In this document: in pieces, positions 23,827-47,725 of the stretch | Position numbering within the stretch: position 1 is the first letter of the stretch | Layout: each line of letters starts with the position of its first letter | Assembly: GCF_009914755.1 (NCBI RefSeq) | Contig: NC_060946.1 | DNA length: 64,000 nt | Strand: one strand, 5' to 3' | Source: the human T2T-CHM13v2.0 reference genome, Homo sapiens | Made by a program: the position numbers and the translations under genes | The notes under the pieces: model-generated | Told to the model about the DNA's origin: nothing | Seen by the model: the letters and a program-made list of their open reading frames with translations, nothing else | Database searches by the model: none

Positions 23827-24060
23827 TGCAAGGGGTATTTTTAGGTGTTAGAAGCATCTCGAGGCATCCTTTCTCAACGTTTCACACCACAGACCACTGA
23901 ATGGGCATTTGGCACATTCATAGATCATCAATTGTAATTCAAAAAAAAGTAGAGTTTCATCAATGATTTTAAATTTAAAGAGAGTGTTTGAAACATTAAT
24001 TATGTTCTCATATCCATGAGATCTTCATTTCTTTCTTCCTCTCTCTCCCTCCCTTCCTCC

Positions 24061-24253
24061 TTCCTCTCCTCCCTCCTCCTTTCTTCCCTCCCTCCCTTCT
24101 CTCCTTCCCTTCCTCTCCTCCCTCCTCCTTTCTTCCCTCCCTCCCTTCTCTCCTTCCCTTCCTCTGCTCCCTCCTCCTTTCTTCCCTCCCTCCTTTCTCT
24201 CCTTCCCTTCCTCTGCTCCCTCCTCCTTTCTTCCCTCACTCCCTTCTCTCCTT
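24061..24253. repeat. 49-bp pyrimidine minisatellite, ~4 copies
   Basis: unit ttcctctcctccctcctcctttcttccctccctcccttctctccttccc. Confidence 0.9.
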
Positions 24254-24269
24254 TTTGCTGCTGCTTTGC

Positions 24270-24660
24270 TGTTTGCTGCCATCAGGGCAGGGGTGGAGCA
24301 GTAAGTGGGTTCCACCCCCAGCCACACCGTGATTGGCTCAGGAGTGGACACGTGCCCTGAGCCAGTCTAATCCATGCTAACCTCAGGACCTTCCTGGGAA
24401 TTGTGGGAGACAGAGACTCTCTGTTGGTCCAGATAGGTGGGGCGTACTGTGGGCTTGGCGCTGCTGTAACAATTTTTCTACCACAGGAGACGCTGGTCTG
24501 AAAAGAAGGCAACGCAAGGAAGAGAACAGAGCCAAGGCACCTGCAGCGAGCCAGAGCCAGAGCCCTGACATCACAAATGCTTTAATTGGTTCCATTTATT
24601 GTTTAATCCACTTGAAATTGAATTTCTGTCATCCCCGACTGGAAGTGTACTGACCTGCAT
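24270..24660 (+). mobile_element. old MLT1-type LTR
   Basis: gtgattggctcaggagtggacacgtg motif and MLT1-like end. Confidence 0.55.
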
Positions 24661-26199
24661 ACTACCTGTGTTTCCTCACAGCAGGCTGAAAAGCTGTGCC
24701 AATATTGAGCTCATCCAGAATTAGACGAAGTTTGTATTCTTTTTATTACTTCCTTTAACCCTGAATCAGGGTCCAGAAGCATTTTGTTGACCATTAACTC
24801 TTCTCTGTGAATAAAGCAGCATGAGGAACAACCTCTTTTATTCACAGAGCAAAGCTCTTCGCTGCTCAGCCACAGCGGCTTCAACTCTGGCACGGGTCCT
24901 GAAGTGCCATTTCTAGCACATGACTCACAAAGTAAATAATCTGTAAATGAAAAGCCTCTTATCATACTTTGGCACGAAAAACAAAGCGACAAGCCAGGCA
25001 GCATTTTTCCCTCATATTTGAACCCCACATGCACCAAGGGCTGTTTTATGCCTTGCACATGAGGAGTTTGGTTTGCTCAAAAGCAAAGTATTGGCTAACA
25101 TGTGTGTGCACTAGTAATTGCATTTCTGCTTTGTGTGCTCTGTTATCTGATAGAGGAGCTTTGTCAATATCCTTTGGATCTCTCTCCAAGCACAGTCTTC
25201 ATTATGATCTGTGAGCTGATTTACGGTCTTCTTGGCAATTTTACGACTGATATCTAGGTGCATTTGCTAAGAGGACAGCAATTTAGAATGATGTTTCTGT
25301 AGCTTTAGTCTCCTCCGCACCTTTAATAAGAAGAATAATCAATTTTACATTAGAAAGTTATTTTGTGCTTATTCTGGAAAAATGGAATTGGTTGCTTTTT
25401 CTAAAGATAATGAGAAACACTTTTTATGGCTCCAGACTACTATATATCAGCATTTTCATTTTAACAGTAATATATCGAGGACTAGGGGCAAATGGATTGC
25501 TTGTCCAATAAATGAAATGTTCAAGTATTCCTCACTGAACTTAGACTCACAATTTTCATTTATGGTTGCATGTGTAAAATCACCACTCAAGAACTTGTTT
25601 GTCCTTGAATATATAGTTTTGTATTTCCATAGTTATATTGCAGAACCATTTACTCATTATGTTTACAGTGCCCTTCTGAGGATTTATGCTGCCATTTTCA
25701 TCATTACTTTGCATTTTATAGAACCTCTTTTTAGTCATTGATCCATTTTGGTGAATTGGAGATACAGTGTGACATATCTACTACAATAACCATGAAAATT
25801 AAAAAATAACAGACATAAACTATAACTTGCAAGCGAGAAGCCCTATGTGAATATGATTTATTAATACTTTGTTTTAAGTCTCTTTCCCCTGGTTCTCACC
25901 TATTGAAGCTTTTTGCTTTTCTGTCAGCCAAGAGGTGCCAGGTAGGTAAGGAGCATACTGGGTAACTGTGTACTCCGTGCCCAGGCCTACTCATGCCTCT
26001 GTGGGCTGGGCACTGATGCAAACTTCTGCCAGGCATGGCCCTCTTAAGTGGACAGGGGATAGAAAAATAACCTAGAAATGATGACAAATGTGGCTTCTTT
26101 CCAATGATCACATCTCTTCCCTTTTCCTTGGCTTACTTATTGGTTCAGACCTTCACAAAGAAGTTGACCAAGTGCAGTGACAGGATGATGTGCTGGTCA

Positions 26200-26575
26200 T
26201 CATCCTGTCGCTACACTGAAACATCCCTTTCTCCCTTTTTGGGCCCATGGTGGAGTCAGGCTTTCCCGCATCATTGAGGTTAGGTGTGAACACGTGATTT
26301 GCTTTGGCCAATGAAATGGGAGTGAAAGTGACACATCCCTGCCAGGTACAAGCTTTAACGGCCAGGGAACAACGTGCGTCATCACTGCCTTGACCCTGTG
26401 GTCAATGTTCCAGACAGGGGTCTGTGTCAGCCTGTGTCCCTTAGTGAGGACTGGGTATAGACTGCCCCTCTCCACTTCATGGATATTTAACTTAAGCAAG
26501 AAAAAGGCTTCATGAACTTAGGCCACTGAGATCATGGAGGTTTGTTCCTGTAGCATAACCCAGCCTCTTCTGTCC
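26200..26575 (+). mobile_element. old MLT1-type LTR
   Basis: catgtga-like tttgctttggccaatgaaatg...gtagcataacccagcct. Confidence 0.7.
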
Positions 26576-26849
26576 AAAACAAGTGGGTACACAAATCCAA
26601 AAAGGACAGAAATCCCTTTGCCCAGTTCCCTTCCTGAGAGCTGACACTGACTGGCACCCAGCCTCAGCCCCAAGCCCAGGGCCCTCGTTTATAGACACTC
26701 ATCTGTGTCCAAGTTTTGTTCTTCTAGTTGCCATTCTTCCATTTTCTCTTTGCCAGTAACACACAAAAAATGAGAGATTTTCTCAGTATTGGTATGGATT
26801 TTCAATTAACAACAACAAAAACAACAAAATACTCCCAATATAATAATTC

Positions 26850-27489
<640 letters not shown>

Positions 27490-27559
27490 GAAACTAGAGT
27501 GTTGGGTCTAAGGGCGACAGTGGTAATTAAAACACAAAGATCAACGCACTGTTCAAAGA

Positions 27560-27900
27560 TTCCCAGTGCGCGGCGCTGCTAGAGTCGCTGAGTCCTCACA
27601 ACCCCGGCTCGTGGCGCGAGCCTGGTGCCACCCGGGCGGTGGTGGGAGTGTCGCGGCCCGGGGTGGGTGGGATTCAGGCTGCCGGGGGCGGGGGGGGGGG
27701 TTGCCGCAGAGGGGGCTGGGGAGGGCGGCACCCCCCCATTGCCCGTCCTGGGCCCTGCGTCCCCTGGCGGGCTGCGGCCAGAGCAGATGGCAGCACCGGC
27801 GCTGGAGGTGGCAGATCCCCGGGGAATGAGCAGCGGGATAGATCACTGGCTGCAGGGCAGGGGGCGCTGTGAGTCGCCCTGGCCGAGCTGTCGGAGAGGA
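27560..27900. promoter_or_regulatory. small CpG island / GC-rich regulatory element
   Basis: non-repetitive, very GC- and CpG-rich, with G-runs and GC boxes. Confidence 0.75.
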
Positions 27901-28402
27901 GATTACTTAGCAGCTGGTAGTGAAAGGAGACGCCTGGGCAGATTGGAGCAGAACGGAGACTCAAAGCCGGGACTGGGGTGCCTGTTCTCACAGTCACTGA
28001 CCCCCACCTGTTCGAAGACTGGCAAGATTCTGTGAATATGGGGGAGGAAGAGCCAATGATTCCCAGCAGAAGACGCAAGATTCTCCAGTGTCATAAACTG
28101 GATAGTATATGCAGAGTATGTGGAAAATGCTAGCTGGGTTGTTCCCCAAGCAATGCAAACACCATCGTCCCTTCCCTCCAAACCATGCCTTGTTTGTACC
28201 AAGGACTGCACAGAACTTGGAGTGTCACCGAGTGACAGAAAAAGGACCCAACACGGCGCAACCGCTCAGCCCGAGAGGCGGGTGTATTGTCGTCAACCAA
28301 CATCTGAATGACGCTTGCAAACTGAATTTGCCGTGCAGGGTTTCCAACAGCAGGCATGTTTTCCAGATGCTTTGAAATCCTCTTTTAAAAAAGTGAATAA
28401 GA

Positions 28403-29758
<1,356 letters not shown>

Positions 29759-30039
29759 TCAGATCCACTTACTCTGAGATATTTTCCCCCATAACTTGTT
29801 TTTTCTTTCACAGTGCTGATGTGTTCAACAACATCTGAATAGTGGGAATTGGTGAAAAAGATCATTCTTGGACCCAAAGAAATTTTACATCCATTCCAAA
29901 ACTTGTTTTATATAATTATAATTTTAATTTATAAATTTTAGATTTGGGCTAGTTTTGTATTGTCCAATAATTATTTTGACAAACGATTTACTTTGCTTTC
30001 TCAGGAATTTGTCAACTCATTTGTCTCATTTTTTTCTTT

Positions 30040-32990
<2,951 letters not shown>

Positions 32991-33819
32991 CTCAATTTTC
33001 ACAGCTGGTATTTTGTCACTGGCTACTGGCTACCTGCTATGACTATTTCCCCTAATAAGTTAAGATTCGTTTCAATACAATGTATAACTCTTGAAGCTGG
33101 TGACTTTTAGGGAGGCATTGTTAAACAAATGCAAATAGTAAATCCATTTTATCATGAAAGCTGAATTTGATTTAGCATGCTCAGTTGCCAACTCCCTTTA
33201 TCCATAATCTCCCTTTGCATGGAATAATTTTGAAACCTATTTGATTCAATGTTATTTTTTGAAGTATTTTCAGTTTTTGAATTCAGTGACACCTCTTCAA
33301 TTAAATTTGCCTGTCTACCAATGACCACAGGATTGGACTCTAATCTTGCAAACTATCTGAATTTGCCTAGTGCTTGTATTCTGGGCAACTTGCAAACTTC
33401 CCAAGACTTCTATTTGTATAATGAAACAGGATACAGTTGTCACACTTTGAATCTGTGGTTATTTAATCTGATTCTGGAGCTCACTTGAGCACAATTAGAG
33501 GAAAGACTCTAAGAAGATTTAGTTTTTTTAAAAGAATGAGCCAAACATTTCAGGCTACAACAGTCAACCCTATATAGATAACAAACAATGTCTACCATCT
33601 CAAGCCTCCCAAAGTTGCAATGCCGGGGCTACCATTTGTGCTCTCTGAGTGGTGGCTGGACAAACTTGGGCAGCTAACCTTTACAATCCTACGTGCCTTC
33701 CAAATTTAAAAAAAAAGAAAAAAACAAAACAGACAAGAATTAGTGATTATAAACTCATACTTGCAGGCTTGAGGTAGACGCTATCCTGCGTGTTTTGTAA
33801 ACTGGTGATATTTTACCAA

Positions 33820-36198
<2,379 letters not shown>

Positions 36199-37199
36199 TG
36201 AAACCAAATGGCCAACGATCGTATCTAAAAGGGAAGATATAATCAGAGATTTTGAGACATCTTTTAGTTCCCTAGGAATGGAATCCTCCTGAAAATATGG
36301 AAGTTGAGTATTCTTTCTTTTTAGTTTTTTCAGCGACGTCGTGGATACAATTTCTTCAGACTTGTTCTACTTTATTCATGTTCTACATTATCAGAGATTC
36401 TGTGGATGCATCACTTTAATGACAGTTATAATATTTTAAGCATTGTTAAATTAGATGGCAGTTAGAATAAGAACAATCAGTAAGCTGGACTTAAGGGTTA
36501 GTAGAACACTCTTCTCACAGTTGACAGTGTACTCATAGGAAATAGTATAACCTTGGCTGAGGTACCTGCTTTTTGAGTCATAAGATCTGAAATAAGGACA
36601 TTTTCTGTACATTTTTGTAAAGTTTGCTGAAGTAGTTTAAAACCCATTTTGACATAGTTTCAGTTCCACCTGAATCAGCATTCTGAAAAGAACATTCCAG
36701 GGGTTTCCTGAAACTTACAGAGCTGAAAAGCTAGTGTGCCTCCCGGAGTCAGGCTGGAGAAGCAGATTTGGGGGCTGCAGCAGAGGTGTCCTGGCTGGGG
36801 TGAAGGGCAGAGCCAGTTCCTGGAGGGAGGGAGCCCAGAGAAAGGGCAGGTGGCCAGGGCTGGGCTAGAGAAGACCTAGAAAGAGGCCAGGAGGAGAGGA
36901 GGAGCCTTTAGGGGAAGGAGCCGAGTTCACCACCCTGGAGGTCCCAGGAAGCAGAGAAAAGGTGACGCTGACTCACTGCTGCAGGGGTTGGGAGTACCTG
37001 GGTCTCAGCTCTGCCCTTGAGTCCATCACGCTTCGCCTCTGTCTCTGAGTCTGGCCTCTGCATCTTCCCGCTCCCATTACCAGTTTTGTTTGCATTTTCT
37101 GTCCCAGGAAGCTCTCTTTGGCCTCTGGAGCTGCGTATATCTGTAGACAGCGGACCCTGCTGCCACATGGCTGGACCTGCCGCTTCTGTGGCTTGGTCA

Positions 37200-37330
37200 C
37201 ACTCACATGCACGTACGTGTGCATGAACACGCTCGCACACACCCACATGCATACACGTGTGCACACATGCATGTACAGGCACACACGCACACATGTGCAT
37301 GCATGTACGAACACACACATGCACACACGC
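37200..37330. repeat. degenerate (CA/CATG)n tract
   Basis: alternating purine-pyrimidine. Confidence 0.9.
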
Positions 37331-37904
37331 AGAATCAGAAAAGGATCCTGCCCATAGCTCACCCCAGACTCCCCTGGGTGTCGCATCTTGTACCACCCAA
37401 AGTCAGGGTGTCCCAGCCCTCTCCAGGAGGCCTTTACTTCCCAGGCTCTGTCATTCCCAGAAGCAGGGGGCTAGCATGTGACAAGGAGTGCTCAGGCTCA
37501 GGTATGGTCAGTCTGGGCAGCAGGGACCAAATCCCAGTGGAAAGGCGCAGGCCGGTGAGTGAGTGAAGGCCTGGTGTCCATCTGATGCTTCCAGAGGGCA
37601 GGGGCCAGCTTGGACTTATCTGCACCACACAGGGCCCCAGCCCAGGGCTTCCCACGGCATGGGTGAACTGGGTCAGGTGGGCTTCACAAGGTGTGGGAAG
37701 AGAAAAGACGCTGGCCTGGGAATTGGCCACCTGGCTTTCTTTCCTGGCCCTATGGAGGGAAGGGAAGGAACATTGAACTCCCCCAAGTCAGGCCCTGGAC
37801 TGAGTCTCCCACTCAACCGTAGAAGCCATCATGCTGGGAAGTGGTTTTATCCCCGTTGAAGAGAGGACACAGTTCCACTGAGAGGTGAGGTCGTGATGAA
37901 TGTG

Positions 37905-38330
37905 TCCATGGGTGTGTGCGTGTGTGTGGGTGTGTGCGTGTGGGTGTGTGTGTGGGTGTGTGTGGGTGTGCATGTGTGCATGGGTGTTCGCACGTGTGCA
38001 TGTGGGTGTGTGTGCATGTGGGTGCACGTGTGTGCATGGGTGGGTACATGTGTGCATGGGTGTGTGCACGTGTGAGTGTATGCATACATATGTGTACGTT
38101 GGTGTGCATGCATATGTGTATCCATGTGAGTGCATTGTGTTCACGTAGGTGTGTGCATGGGGGTGTGTGCATGTGTGTGCATGTGTGTGAGTGTGTGTAT
38201 GTGGGTGTGTGCATGTGTGTGCATGTGGGTGGGCGCATGTGTGGGTGTGTGCATGTGTGTGAGTGTGCATGTGTGTGCGCACGTGGGTGGGCGCATGTGT
38301 GGGTGTGTGCATGTGTGTGTAGGCATGTAT
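37905..38330. repeat. degenerate (GT/GCAT/GGGT)n tract, ~420 bp
   Basis: mostly alternating purine-pyrimidine. Confidence 0.92.
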
Positions 38331-38334
38331 TGAG

Positions 38335-39530
38335 GGGCTGGGAAGTCTAGTCAAGGTGGGGATATGTCCTGGTCCTATTGAAAGTCTCACTGCAGCACCT
38401 CTGTAGACACTGATTGTAGGGAGAAGATTGAGAGTCAGAAGGTTCTCCACCATCCCAGTGAGAGGTGATGGTGCAGGCTGTGCGGACAGAGATTAGCAGG
38501 CGAGTAGGGATAAGTTTGGAGGTGGCATTGGCAGGACTCAGTGATGAACTGGGTGTCAGGAGAAAGAAGAATCCTGGTAACACCTTGGGCTGGGGCTCAA
38601 GCTCACTGCTCGCTGGGTGAATGCTGGTGTCCTGTGTAAAGTTGGTGAAGTCTGAGGAAAAATACATTTTTGGGGGGGAACCCACAAGGAATCAGGAATG
38701 TGAATTATGATGCCCATCAGATATCGAGAGTGGATGCCCAGTAGGAAGTGGATGTCCGAGTCTCGGGCTGAGGCGAACTCCAGGACCGGAGAGGTGAGTG
38801 GTGTGCACATGGGGCGGGCCGATGTCTCCTGGGAGAAGGTGGGAGACACAAGTGGGGAGGACCCCCAAGTCTGGTACTGGTGTTTACAGATCCTGGAGAA
38901 GAGAAGGAGCTACTGAGTGAGCAGAAGAGAGAAAGCCGCGGGTCAGGGGTGTCACCAACAATGAGAGAGGAGGCGGCTCAGGAAGAAAGTGTGTTCAGCC
39001 GGGTCATCTGCTGCCGGTGGAGGGGCAAGATGAGAACTGAAAACTATCTCTTTCTCCTGGCAACCTGAAGGTCGCTGGTGGTGTGGCCAAGAGCAGTTTT
39101 CTTGGAGCGTTGGGGAGGGGACAGGAGCCAGATTGCAGGGGGATGAAAGTGAACAGGAGGCAGGAAACTGGGACAGAACATGTAGAAAGATTTTATATCT
39201 ATAAATCATATATAATTTTTTTCTATGAAGGGATGCCAAGAATGGAGGAAAATGTGGCTCCACAGGGTGGAGATAGCAGTCCACGTGGCTTGCTGATGGG
39301 AAGGAGCCTCCAGTAGGGGCGATGGTGTGGAAAGCTACAGAGGGAAACCCACTGAAGGAGAGGCCGAGCCCTGAGCAGGAACAGAAGGCTGGGCTTTGAC
39401 AGGGCACAGACTATGGCAGGCCGCGGAGTCAGGAATTGTGTCTGTTTTTGTTTGAGTCTGTATCCAGCTCCTAGAATAGCACCTGTCACATAGTAGCTGC
39501 TCAGTAAAAACAATGTTGCATGAATGAATA
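38335..39530. mobile_element. L2 fragments
   Basis: GA-rich L2-like text; L2 3' end cacatagtagctgctcagtaaa...tgaatgaat at ~39480-39530. Confidence 0.6.
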
Positions 39531-39924
39531 TAGACACCAAAGGAGGCAGGGTTTTAGAGGTGGAGTGAAGGTGAGTGTGATCTTTTCTGCTTTTTGGTGC
39601 TCAGTGACGGCTGAGGTAGGGTCATGGGCTGAGGACTGGGAGGGGATTGGCTGGGAACGGGTGACTGCGGGAGCAGCTGTGCAGGAGAGGAGCTGTGCTC
39701 ACTGTGCCACGGGAATGCCAGGAGGATTCATTTCTCATCCACTGGACAACACCAGCTGAATCGAGGCCCATCTTTCCACCCCTGAATTGCAGCTCCACCT
39801 TGGTCATATACCAGCTTCCCAAATATCCTTGATTCTGTTTGTGTGTCGCATTTTCCTCATCTCTATTTCTGCTCCTGGTGCATATACTACTCTTTTGATT
39901 ACGGTAGCTTTATAGCATTCCTAG

Positions 39925-40220
39925 TTTCTTTTTTTTTTAGACGGAGTCTCACTCTGTTGCCCAGGCTGGAGTGCAGTAGCGCAATCTCGGCTCACTGAAA
40001 CCTCCGCCTCCCAGGGTCAAGCAATTCTCTCGCCTTAGCCTCCCTAGTAGCTGGGATTACAGGTGCACGCCAGCATGCCCGGCTAATTTTTGTATTTTTA
40101 GTAGAGACAGGGTTTCACCATGTTGGCCAGGCTGGTCTCAAACTCCTGACCTCAGGTGATTCCCCCGCCTCGGCCTCTCAAAGTGCTGAGATTACAAGCG
40201 TGAACCACCATGCCAAGTCA
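39925..40220 (-). mobile_element. AluS
   Basis: Alu consensus; TSD-like cctagtttct. Confidence 0.95.
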
Positions 40221-40469
40221 GCTTCCCTAGTTTCTGATATATTGTAAGTACCCCCTCATTTCCTTCAATCACAATTATTCTGTCACTTGGACTTAAATAA
40301 CCCGTTTACTATTTTAAAAAAAGAAAGAAAGCTAAGAGCAGTCATGGTGATTCTATTTGCATTTGTGTTGTATTTCTGTCTATCAGTGTATTTGGGATAT
40401 TTTATGTCCGTTAGTAAAACTGTTCCCTTCTTTCAAAATACAGGCTTTGAAACTTTGTTTTCTTTCAAA

Positions 40470-41840
<1,371 letters not shown>

Positions 41841-42756
41841 GCTTTTCTTACTAATTCCTGGTTATAGTATCGTTTTATTTCACATTGTGGATGAGGTTAA
41901 AAGTTGTTGATATAACACACACTAGTTAAGACAACATCCTGGAGAAGGGAACACGGCGCAGAGGATTTTCTCCTCTAGGCTGCTTCCGGTTTTCGGAGTC
42001 AGTCATACTGACCCTCTGGTTTTAGTTCCTTGGGTGGTTTCCTCGGGGAACCACTATTTCTTGATTTACTAGCTCTTGATGGTATCTACTGCCTTCCCTC
42101 CGCGAATATGAGAGTTTCGCTCTTATAATTCTCCAGAACTTCCCCTCCCCTCCTCTCCCCTCCTCATGTAGTTGCATCAGTGCCCTCAGGTCCCCCGTGG
42201 GCAAACGCCCACAGCTTCAAGTGCTTGCTGAAACTCAACAAGAAGCAGAATCACTTGACTCAACCTTGTGAATCAGCCGCTGACACTTCCCTCACTCCTC
42301 TTCCAGCCTCCCTCCTCATTCCATCTTGACCTCTTTCACTTTCGCCTTCACATTATTAAGGTTGAGAATGTTTATATTAATTTTGTGAACATATCTCAGC
42401 CTCCCATGTCCTGTCTATAGATTGAATCTAAATGTTGAAAACCCAGTCTTTGGGGTTTACATCACCGTACTTATAGGAACGTGCATCTCACCAACCTCGG
42501 TCATGATGACTTCCCTCTCCCGAATCTTCCTGTCTTAATGCCGTTCCAAAAAACATCTTCTTCATGTGGCAGCCAAATGGTTCCACCTTTTTGATTTTCC
42601 ACCGATGATGCTTACAATCGTGCCATGATCTTGTTGGCCTCCTCCTTGGACCATGGCTGTAGAGTGTGGAAAGGTGTTAACTCTTCAACCTTTTCTGTCT
42701 GTCCAGTGCAGAAAAGGGTTAACCTTTCCACTCTGTGAGCCGCCCCCCATGTTTCC

Positions 42757-43060
<304 letters not shown>

Positions 43061-44379
43061 TAGGTAGCCATGGTTAGTTTCTTTTGCTTGCAACCAAAGA
43101 TCTCTAATAGGTAAAGAAGGTGATCCAAGATTCCAGGAAACAGGAAACAGAAGGAACGTGCTGTGGGGAGATGAAACAGAAGCTCCGGGTGAGACCAGGG
43201 CAGCACTGACCACTCCACAGCACCTGGCTGTGTAGCTGCTCTGGGTTGGACTCGCCTGCCCAGCATCCCTTCCTCTGCTGCCTTTGGGGAACCGCCTCTC
43301 CTTTGATTGTCATCTTGATTGATTTGTGGACAAGACAACCCAGGCCCCTGCCCTCTCCAGGACTAGGGCCAGTTCAGAACCCAAACCCAATCTGACTCCC
43401 CTGGAGCTCTGACTCTGAACAAAATAAGACAAAACCAGAAAACACGGTCAGAGCAATGTGGATCCCAGTGGTTGAGACCTCCAGGGCTGTGCATGGGTTC
43501 CTGCTCCTGGACCCTGCACTGTCACTCGTTCTTGTGCTTCCTGAGCCCAGATTCTGTAATTTACCCTTCAACCCCGTGAGCTCTGTTACGTTTCTCGTTA
43601 GCTATGGTCCACTTCTTTTGCTTGAAACCGAAGATCCCTAATGGATAGAGAAGGTGATACAAGATTCCAGGAAACAGGAAGCAGAGGGAATGTGCTGTGG
43701 GGAGACAGAGGCGCCACAGCCCCCTATCGGCGACACCTGGCTCCAAGCAGTTTTTTTCTCTGGTTCTTAAGCCTCTCTCCTCCCCGACTCACCCTCCCTC
43801 CCTGAAGGTGTCTTCTCTGCTTTTGCCTTTGAGATGGCCTCTTCCTTCCCCTTTTCTGGTCTCCTTCCCTCTGGGTCCCTGCCCTGTCCGAGGCCTCAGT
43901 GCTCCCTTCTCTGATGATGCCTCCCAACGTTGACTCCAGCTGAGCTTCTCAAAGCTCCTTCTCCTGGCCAAGAACATTTGGTGTCACCTTCTACCCTGTG
44001 CTGACTCCTTCCTGCTTGGTCCTGTCGCCTTCCTGTTTGGCCTTTTGGTCACACTTGTCTTTCCTCAGTAGGGGCTTTGGAGCCCAGCAGACCTAACCTC
44101 AAGTCGAGTTTCTGCCTTTTCTGGGCTGTGTCTTTGCACAGTGGCTTCACCCGTAAAACGAGGGTCATGACGCTTGCCTTCACTGCAAGGAGATTGTAAA
44201 AGTTAAATAGGAGCCTGTGTGTGGAGTGCAGATACAAAAAGTGATCAATGTTCCTCTGTAAACAAAAACAGAGAAAAAAATCCTCCCACGACCCTTTACC
44301 ACCACCTCTTGTGAATCTAAAGGTCTCTTGCTGCTGTGTTTTTGAGCATAAATCTGTTTATTAATTTATCTCTAGGTCA

Positions 44380-44829
<450 letters not shown>

Positions 44830-45627
44830 TAGGAATTGTGTGTAAGCTGACGAGATTTCAGTGTGTGCCTAGCCCATCCTTTTGAAGGCTAGGGTTGTCG
44901 GTGGTTCTCAAAGAGAGTCCAGCCTCTTGATACCTTGGTCTTAAAGCTCAGGAATCTCGAAGAATTAAGCTCCGTTTAGGCCAGTCCTCTGTGTTCACTC
45001 CATGTTCCGCTCACAGGGGCTGCTTACCACCCATGCTTCCCTTTTGCCCTCCTTCCCCTCTCCTGGGATTGGAGAGCTCATGGAAGCACCGATTCTGCAT
45101 CTCATCAGGGCACCTGCTGGGGACCACTCAGGAAGGGTGTGGGAAGGTGGCCTTCGGCCGCTGGTTCAGATTTGATTCTGAGAGCAAGGGGGTGGGAAGA
45201 TCTGGGCTCTCTAGAACACTGCTGTGCCATTAGTCTCCTGAAAGTCACACAGGTGGCAAATACACGCCCCAGGTTGGGCTGTCTCTCGGCTCACCTATGG
45301 GGCCCTCGCTGAACAGAATTGACTATGACAAGTTCAATATCATGCACTCAGATACCTCTGCATGCGAGACCCCTTGTGTCATGATTGTCTCTGCCATTCA
45401 CAGCCCTCCAGCCTGGCTGACTCCTATCTGCCTTTAGGATTCATTTCAGGGACCACCTCCTCAGGGAAGCCTTCTCAGATAGCCCTGTCCCCTCTGGGTT
45501 GTGTGAAATGCCCCAGCTCTAAGCACCCCCACCTCCCCAGCACATTCCCCTCATCGTGTGGTGGCCACCCATTTTACCCAGGGATGAAACTAGACTCTCA
45601 GTGTCTTGAGGACAGAGTTGGTGGCTA

Positions 45628-47096
<1,469 letters not shown>

Positions 47097-47289
47097 CGTT
47101 CTTTCACTGAGTTTTCCCCCAAACATTGAAAAAGCACTGACCATGTGCTAGGAGTTCAAAACCAAAAAGGAGGGTTGGTTTTCGTCAAATGGGAGATACT
47201 TTCAAAATGTGTGGCTCATGGCAGGGAAATGAGAGCACTGGGGACTACTGGAACAGAACCGCCTGGCCCGGGAGAATCCAAGGAAGGCT

Positions 47290-47725
47290 TCCTGGAGGAG
47301 GAATGGCAGAGCGGACCTCTGCTACTGCAGCAGGAATGCCCCCAGCTGCTGCTGGGGAAGGGCTTATGTTGGCTGGGTTTGCCTTTGGGGCAGAGTGGCT
47401 GGCTGCTCCCCCTGCCCAGCGAGGGTAGTTCTGGGGAGAGTTGCCACGCTCGGACCCCATTTCCCATCATCCCCAACCCTTTGCATTGGTTCTTGCCAGC
47501 AGATGTGAAGATAAAAAGCTGGCCAGACTTCCCACTCTCCTTCCGCTTCTATCCCTGTGCGCTGAGGCCTCCGAGGAGCCCTCTGAGGCTTCTGATTTGC
47601 GACCTGGAGGAAATTGCCCGTGTGCTCGGAGGAATGCCTGCATGACACTCTTGTGTGAGAGAGGAATAGACGTCTTTTGTATTAAACCACTGCAGTGTCG
47701 GGGTTTATTTGTTCCCTATGCAGTG
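47290..47725 (+). mobile_element. old MLT1-type LTR
   Basis: ttaaaccactgcagtgtcggggtttatttgtt MLT1-like end. Confidence 0.5.

Noticed and set aside
24061-24253. CRISPR-like repeat array
   Set aside because: Head-to-tail units with no spacers, in a eukaryotic context
37788-38453. 221-aa His/Thr-rich and Cys/Val-rich ORFs
   Set aside because: Artefacts of the GT/CA low-complexity tract
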